A DNA stretch of 64,000 bases from Schmidtea polychroa (taxonomy: Eukaryota): contig CM097885.1 of the NCBI GenBank assembly GCA_044892525.1, forward strand, positions 51,586,001-51,650,000. Direction: 5' to 3'. Within the stretch, counting starts at the first letter, position 1. The number at the start of each line of letters is the position of its first letter. Both the position numbers and the translations under genes were made by a program. Positions 56,001 to 64,000 of the stretch are shown one piece after another. Below the pieces are notes generated by a model, which was given only the letters and a program-made list of their open reading frames with translations, did not search any database and was not told the origin of the DNA.

Positions 56001-56903
56001 GTTTACTATTGCTTTTTTAGAATTTAAAGCCGCTGGGGTGGGGATATAACTATGTCCAGCTAATCTATTTATACATTTATATTTATTTATTATAAAATCT
56101 ATCTCTTTGATTTTAACCACTCGCCATCCGCTACCCAAATATGTGAATTTTTCTATTTTCTCATTTAACTTAGTGATACCCTTTACTAGAAAATTATCTG
56201 AAAAAACTTCGGCGTTATTGGAGAAAAAATTATCTCGGATTTCGCCATCTTTCTCAAATTGGATTAAAACGGTGAATTGTATTTTAACTGTGCCCATACC
56301 GTTTATTTCGGTAATTAATTTATTTGCCATCTTATTTGTAATGAAAACTTGTACCAAGTTATCTTTTTCCATATTAAATCGTAAATTCTTTCTAGCCCCC
56401 TTAAAATCTATCTCAATTTCAGGTTCATCGTCAATATCGATCGAACCACCTATTTGATTATATATTGAATCACCAGTTGTATTAATTTTAACAATTTTAG
56501 AGGGAACACCAGACCCAAAACTAACAGCAGGCTGTTTATTATTATTTAGAATATTATTTATTTTAGTATTTAGATTCGTATTTAGATTAGTATTATTTAC
56601 ATTATTATTTATATGTTTTGTATTATAATTATAATTTATAGGTTTTGTATTTAGGTGTTTTGTAGTATTATGTGTTGGCTGTTGTATTTTGATAAAAAAT
56701 TTCTTTTTATTTAAAGAAAACAGATTTAAATGTGATTTGTGAATATTATAAAACTCTATATTTAATGCTGTGGGAAGTCTCGCATATTGGACATATAAAG
56801 TAGTTGATGCCATAGAATCTATGACCGTAGTATTTTTTCATATTTTTATGGCATATATTTGTATGATCATTTGATCACATGCAGTAGCGGGGGTATAATT
56901 TAC
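53076..56903 (-). pseudogene. polB: Element D pPolB main exon with frameshifts (~55020, ~55765, ~56810) and a stop (~56877)
   Basis: All exonuclease and polymerase motifs present; collinear with element A pPolB. Confidence 0.93.
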
Positions 56904-57136
56904 CTGATAAATTATAAATATATATCAAATATATTAATAGATTTAAAAATTAATAGTTAATTGCATTTATATTTAATGTCTTTATTAACAATTCTTAAGC
57001 AGTTTTTATCGCATAATAATTATAAAACGGAATAATAATCGGAATACATATATAATTTATTGTAATATTTTTATTATCAGAGGTATAAAATATGGGAGAT
57101 ATGAAATCATAAATATTATTATCATTGTTATTATTA

Positions 57137-57222
<86 letters not shown>

Positions 57223-57702
57223 TTTAAATATTATTATAAAAGAGAGTAGTTGCGTGCTCAATGCAAACTATGTTTGACAATTAATATTTTCAAAGTATTA
57301 TTTCTATTCAATAATTATTTTCATAACAACTTATTAATTTCAACATCATTTTCAGGAACATATTCATATTTGTCATAATTTTCAGATTTTTCATAATTAT
57401 CTTCAGAAAGATTTTCATAATTTTCAGGAACATTTCGTGATTTTCATAATTATTTTCAGAAACATTTTCATATTTTTCATAATTTTCAACATTTTCATAA
57501 TAATTTCAGAAACATTTTCATAATTTTCAGCATTTTTCATAAGTTTCTGGAACATTCTCATAATTTTCAGCATTTTTCATAAGTTTCTGGAACATTCTCA
57601 TAATTTTCAACATTTTCATAATTTATATGTGGTTATTAAACAAATTAATTATCAAACACAATTTTAAATTAATTTAAAAAATAATAATAAAATATAACTA
57701 AC

Positions 57703-58193
57703 ATTTTGATTCTATATCGGAACCATCCTCAGATTCATCCCCATAAGAAACGGAGGCATGATTAATTTCCTCCTCAATTGATGTGAGGACATATTCATCA
57801 GAAACATCATTAATATTTGGGGCATATTCAACATTCGAGGTATCATTACCTAAAGTTTTTGTAATTCATTAATTAAATAAAATAAATTTACCCGTTGATT
57901 CCATGATAATATCTCGGGTATTGTCCTCAATAACATTTTCACCATCATTAATTGTTTGATCAACTAAACAATTTTTAATTTCAATTAAATTTTAAAAATA
58001 AATTTACTTAATAAAAGATCTTCTTCATTGTCACTAATAATGATTGGCAGATCTTGATTATAGTTGTCGGCCTCGGTGACTTCATACCATAAATTCTCTA
58101 AAATAATAAATAATAATAATAATAAAAATAAAATAATTTACCGTTTTCTCCAGCCAACATGGCGCGTAAAATATTATCTAATTCACTGTCCAT
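57703..58193 (-). CDS. Element D four-exon acidic leader (58193-58142, 58097-58008, 57963-57892, 57849-57703)
   Basis: Phase-1 GT-AG introns; ILRAML, WYEVTE, IIISD, EEEIN, SDIESK then T|GT donor. In-frame acceptor CAG|GT at 56904. Confidence 0.78.
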
Positions 58194-58516
58194 TTTAATC
58201 GAAATTTTTTAGTCGAAAATTTGTAAAATTTAAAAATAATTGTGACGATTTTGAAAATCGTAACTGTTTATAAAGAAAATGAATATTTTCCGGTCCAATC
58301 AAAATCAAGGAAGGGATAGGACAAAAATACATTACGTTGCGGTATTTTAAAATTTAAATATATTTTAAAAACACATTTTGACATTAAAGTTGATTTATTT
58401 AAAATTTTCATAATTTGCATTAATTTCATGATTATTTTCAATATTTTCATGATTGTTTTCTTCAAAATCTTATTTTATTTACAAATTATTATTACTATTA
58501 ATATTATTATTATTAC

Positions 58517-58577
<61 letters not shown>

Positions 58578-58581
58578 ATTA

Positions 58582-58616
<35 letters not shown>

Positions 58617-58866
58617 ATTATTATTATTATTATTATGATTATCATTATTATTATTTATTTATTTATTTTTATTTTATTATTTCTATTTTTTTATTATTAT
58701 TATCATTATTTTTTTTTTATTACTTTTTATTTTTATTATTATTTTTATTATTTTTATTATTATTACTTTTATTATTTATATTATTATCATTATTATTTTA
58801 TTATTATTGTTATTATTATTATTATTATTATTAATATTATTAATATTATTTTTATTATTATTATTA

Positions 58867-59337
58867 TTAAACATGTGTGTATTATACATAAAACAAGATA
58901 CATAAATTTTAATCAAGCTATTTTATAGAAAATTAAATTTTATCTATATATTATATGAATAAAATTCTAAGAAAATTACGTTAAATGTATGAAAAATACA
59001 AATTTATTGTAAAAACATGTGTGTATTACACGCAAAACAAGATACATATATTTTAATCAAGCTATTTTATAGGAAATTAAATTTTATCTATATATTATAT
59101 AAATAAAATCCTAAGAAAATTACGTTAAATGTATGAAAAATACAAATTTATTGTAAAAACATGTGTGTATTATATATAAAACAAGATACATAAATTTTAA
59201 TCAAGCTATTTTATAGAAAATTCAATTTTATCTATATAATATATTAATAAAAATCCAAGAAAATTACGTTAAATGTATGAAAAATACAAATTTATTGTAA
59301 AAACATGTGTGTATTACACACAAAACAAGATACATAA
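58867..59337. repeat. ~126-bp tandem repeat, 3-4 copies
   Basis: AAACATGTGTGTATTA..AAAACAAGATACAT units. Confidence 0.85.
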
Positions 59338-59339
59338 AC

Positions 59340-60445
59340 AATTTCTTTTTATTTAAAGAGAACCGATTTAAATGTGATTTGTGAATATTATAAAACTCTA
59401 TATATTTAATGCTTTGGGAAGTCTCGCATATTGGACATATAAAGTAGTTGATGCCAAAGAATCTATGACCGTAGTATTTTTTCATATTTTTATGGCATAT
59501 ATTTGTATGATCATTTGATGACATGCAGTAGCGTGGGTATAATTTACCTGATAAATTATAAATATATATCAAATATATTAATAGATTTGAATATTAATAA
59601 AATATTGCATTTATATTTAATGACTTTATTAACAATTCTTAAGCCGTATTTATCGCATAATAATTATAAAACGGAATAATAATCGGAATACATATATAAT
59701 TTATTGTAATATTATCATTATCAGAGGTATAAAATATGGGAGATATCATAAATATTATTATAATTGTTATTATTATTATTATTATTATATCTAATATTAC
59801 TATTTTTTTTTTAATATTATTATTAGAGAAAGTAGTTGCGTGCTCAATGCAAACTATGTTTCACAATTAATATTTTCAAAGTATTATTTCTATTCAATTA
59901 TTATTTTCATAACAACTTATTAATTTCAACATCATTTTCAGGAACATATTCATATTTGTCATAATTTTCAGATTTTTCATAATTTTTTATTTTTTTTTTC
60001 AGAAAAATTTTCATAATTTTCAGGAACATTTCAGGATTTTCAACATTTTCATTATAATTTCAGGAACATCTTCATGATTTTTCAGATTTTTCATAATTAT
60101 TTTCAAAAACATTTTCATAATTTTCAGGAACATTTCATTATTTTCAACATTTTCATAATTATTTTCACAAAAATTTTCATATTTTTCATAATTTTCAACA
60201 TTTTCATAATAATTTCAGGAACATTTTCATAAGTTTCTGGAACATTCTCATAATTTTCAACATTTTCATAATAATTTCAGGAATATTTTCATCATTTTCA
60301 ACATTTTCATAATTTATATGTGGTTATTAAACAAATTAATTATCAAACACAATTTTTAATTAATTAAAAAAATAATAATAAAATATAACTAACATTTTGA
60401 TTCTATATCGGAATCATCCTCAGATTCATCCCCATAAGAAACGGA
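59340..60445 (-). repeat. Diverged direct duplicate of ~56698-57754 (end of last leader exon, long intron, start of pPolB exon)
   Basis: Collinear sequence; this copy lacks the stop and frameshift of the first. Confidence 0.88.
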
Positions 60446-61072
60446 TGTTTAGACAGGCCTAGCTATATTGGTCAAACAGTGTTAGACCTGTCTAAACTAA
60501 GAATGTACCAGCTCCAATATAATGAACTGACCAAGTACAGGTCTGAATTTAATTGTAATATAAATATCGTTGCCGGTGACACTGACTCCTTTTTCTTAGA
60601 GATAAAGCACTGTAAGCTTGACACTCTTTTGCCGGCAATGATTCGTGATAATCTTCTAGATACTAGCAATTATGATCCTGCTCATCCTTTGTATTCAAAG
60701 AGTTTGGATTCTGTGATAGGGAAATTTAAGGACGAAAGTAAAGGTTTAGGGTATAAGGAATGGGTTTTCTTAAGACCCAAGTGCTATAGTTTGTTAGGGG
60801 ATAAAAGTCATTTAAAAGCAAAGGGAGTTCAGCTTGGTAATACTGAGATAGGGCACCAGTCTTATTTAGACTGCTACAACAACAGCGTAGTATTTTCGGT
60901 ACCACAAACTAGAATAGGGACGCGTAACCACCAGCTTCTTACGTTTAAAAATACCAAGATCGCGTTGTCAAACAACGATGACAAGCGCCTTTGGGTGGGG
61001 AAAAATTCCAGTCTCGCATATGGACATTATTTAGGAGTCGATGTTCCAGATGTTGATCAAGTAATTTCATAA
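60445..61072 (+). pseudogene. Inverted copy of the pPolB 3' end in the right arm of D
   Basis: Near-identical to 53076-53703. Confidence 0.92.
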
Positions 61073-61243
61073 ATTCGTTCACTTTTTAGCGGAATGAGTC
61101 CAGATTTCAATGATGATGACAATGAAGCCAATGATGACAATGATATTGATATAGATGACGTATTGTTATCGAATTGATCTGTGATTCAATATATCTTTTA
61201 ATGTCTTAATTTATTATGAAAACTAATAATAATTTTGTAAATC

Positions 61244-61306
<63 letters not shown>

Positions 61307-61409
61307 GTAATAATAATAATAATAATAATAAAAATAATAATAATAAAATAATATAAATAAAAATATAAATAAATAATAAATAAATAAATTAAAATATTAA
61401 AAAAAAAAA

Positions 61410-61458
<49 letters not shown>

Positions 61459-64000
61459 TAAAAATACAATGTTGATTTGTTTAATAATAATAACCCTTGC
61501 GACATGTTGAATATGACCAGTACCTTTGTGAACAATACCCATAGGGGGACAAAATATTTTGTCGGATAGACTAGGATATATATAATAATAATCCCTGTGT
61601 TTCAAAGACCTTTATTTTCAAATAATAATAATATCTCTTGTCGGGAACTCTCAAATTTCAAATTTAAAAAAAAAAGAAAAAAAAAGAACTTTACATTAAA
61701 AAATTTGACCTTGAAAAGAATTTTAAAAATTTCCCCTAGAGTGGGGGTGGGGGGGGGTATGTGGTCCAGCGGAGTCCTGATCCAGATGGCCCCCATCCAT
61801 CTACTAACTTGCCAAAAGAATTTGAAAAATCAAGTAAAAAGACGATGTCAATTTCTGAAAAAAAGGAATGCTATTGGAAAATAATGTAGATTATATGAAG
61901 CAAGTAAGAAATGAACAGATATAATAAAGAAGATTGTGAACAAAATTCAAGTTATTCAAGTCTTTTGAAGTAACCTAAAGTTTTAAGTAGTTTAAAAACA
62001 ACAGATATACTACTGGAAAACTTGTATTTCTGTCTACCATTTATTTACTTAAAAGAAATAGACTGCTAGATATTCCAAGAAAAAACTAAGCACAACAAGG
62101 TTCCAGTAATGTGCTTGCCAATTCTAAAATTGAACAATATGAGGAAATTGAAAACCACAAGTGAAGACGACTCTGATTAGCAAAATGAGAAAGTTGAAAA
62201 TGTTAAAAAATATTAAAGTACAAACTCAGCTGCAAATTTAGTTACACACTTTAATATCTCAATACAGTAAGCATCAAGAGTCTGTTACGGTTTAGTGCAA
62301 AGAGACCCAGGAAATTTAGCCACTTAAACTTGGAAAAATATTATCAAAAAGAGCGAAAATAAAATCACCAAAAATAGAAAATCATTAACTCAAAATACTG
62401 TCTGTTCTGTTTTCATTTCGACGAAAAAGAGCCGTGAATAAAATTAGAGATATATTTGGGAAGAGCAAAGGTGATAAATTAACATATAAATTTTACATAT
62501 CAGTTTTATGCACATTGACCTTATGCTCTGAAAATTGAAAGCAAATTAACTGTTACAAAAAATTATAAACAGCAGTAAGAGAAAAACAATATTGCCCAAT
62601 TAAAAAAAAATAGAAAACGTTTGAATCAAAATCAACTGAAAATGAATTTTCCTTATAAAAAAATACTCAACAAAAAGATCAAAAATCTAATTAAGGGGTA
62701 GTATAAGAATTTAGATCTGAAGGAAACAATGCAAATGACGGAAATAGTTTTTGGCTAAATTCAAAAAATAAAATTAATAAAAATCAGTAACTTTGGTACA
62801 CGAACTTCAATTATAATAACAATAGTGCAAATTGCAGTGACAGAATTAAAACAAATATTTTCACCCAACTATGCCAATAACAGATACTTTCTTAAAAATG
62901 TATGTAAAAGTTATAAATAAGATATATATAAAATTCATTATAAATATTTATTTATATAATTATTTACATATTTTTCATCTAATTATTTTTGTTCATTTAT
63001 ATAAAATCAAACATTTAAGACAATAATAATTGATTTGATAATCAATAATTAATTTAATTATTCTTTTTCGAATGCAAATAAACAAAATCTCACATTAGTA
63101 AAATCAATTTATCGATTAACTTTTACAATGTTTACAACATGTATAAAATCAATAAAAATAAAATAAATATTAAAAAAAATTCAAATCTAGCATAGGACAG
63201 ATGGATTGCAATTTTGCAATTCCCTTAAGATTCCTGAAATGTCTAATAGAAACGGATCGGACATTGAAATGTCATGTAATCATTGTTTTATTTAATTGTC
63301 ATTCATGTCAAATTTAGCAACACATTTTGCACCTACTTAATATCTGATAAACATAATAATAAATACTGATTATAAAACTTGATAAATAGACAGAAAAAAT
63401 TTCTTGTAATTGACTAATTTTATGTTTGCACGAAAATTTATTTTAAAAATACCGTTCCATGACATTTAAATTCGTAACATTTAATCACTTACAGCTTATC
63501 ATGGTGACAAATAATGACACAACACGATGAAATCTACTAATTAATTGTTAAACTAAAAAGTCTACTTTAATTAAATTTTTAAAATTTTTTCTTATATGTT
63601 AAGTTAAATATCTTTTTTGTCATGTTATTTTATAATTTTTGTGATTAAAAATGTTATAATTATGTGAATAGATTCGTCGCGTGACTATCTATCGCTGTGA
63701 TGAAGTGCCATATGATTATCTGTCGTGTGATTATCTGTCGCTGTGATTAACTGTTGTGTGATTACCTGTCACCTCATTAAATATCTACACACCTAAAACG
63801 CATATATTTTATTCTTCCTACATCAGTCGACAGGTTCAGTGACAATAACTAAGTGAAAACGAAATATCTTTCTAGAAAAAATCAACCTTTAGATGGTTTG
63901 TTAGATGGTTTTTCTTTAAGAAATAATTTTTTCTAAATTAGTTGAATTATTTCTAGCATTTGTTTTTGTCAATCGCAAGAATTTAAAATACAGAAAATCA

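Larger units (their letters stand above)
52396..61805 (-). mobile_element. Defective Polinton element D (9.4 kb, pPolB only); inverted arms 52396-53703 and 60445-61805
   Basis: AGTAGATGGATGG...CCATCCATCTACT ends and 6-bp TSD AACTTG (52390-52395, 61806-61811). Confidence 0.95.

Noticed and set aside
61812..62900. Possible transposase remnant flanking element D
   Set aside because: Only vague fragments; no supportable frame.

Overview
Very AT-rich eukaryotic DNA, probably from an invertebrate animal. No host gene is recognisable. The window is dominated by four Polinton/Maverick (adintovirus-type) elements. Element A (512-19762) is nearly complete, with AGT...ACT ends, a GTGGTA 6-bp target-site duplication (TSD) and ~2-kb terminal inverted repeats (TIRs). 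It encodes protein-primed PolB (pPolB), a DDE integrase, a packaging ATPase, major and minor capsid proteins, an adenain protease and core proteins. Its cargo is unusual: a TBP-like protein, a spliced Bcl-2 homolog, a candidate SSB, a secreted/GPI-type coiled-coil protein and a 5-exon acidic leader that appears to splice onto pPolB. Its TIRs carry dense arrays of AP-1 (TGACTCA) and NR5A/ERR-type (TCAAGGTCA) motifs. A is inserted into the pPolB gene of an older, decayed relative, element B (<1 to ~29740, minus strand), which also has the TBP-like gene. Element C (40180-52167, TSD TATTAC) is a non-autonomous 12-kb near-palindrome with 4.3-4.8-kb arms. Element D (52396-61805, TSD AACTTG) is a pPolB-only derivative whose two ends are both copies of the pPolB end. 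The rest is hAT remnants, a 37-bp satellite, a 192-bp palindrome and unassigned AT-rich DNA. All protein calls come from motif recognition by eye and all splice models are unverified predictions.
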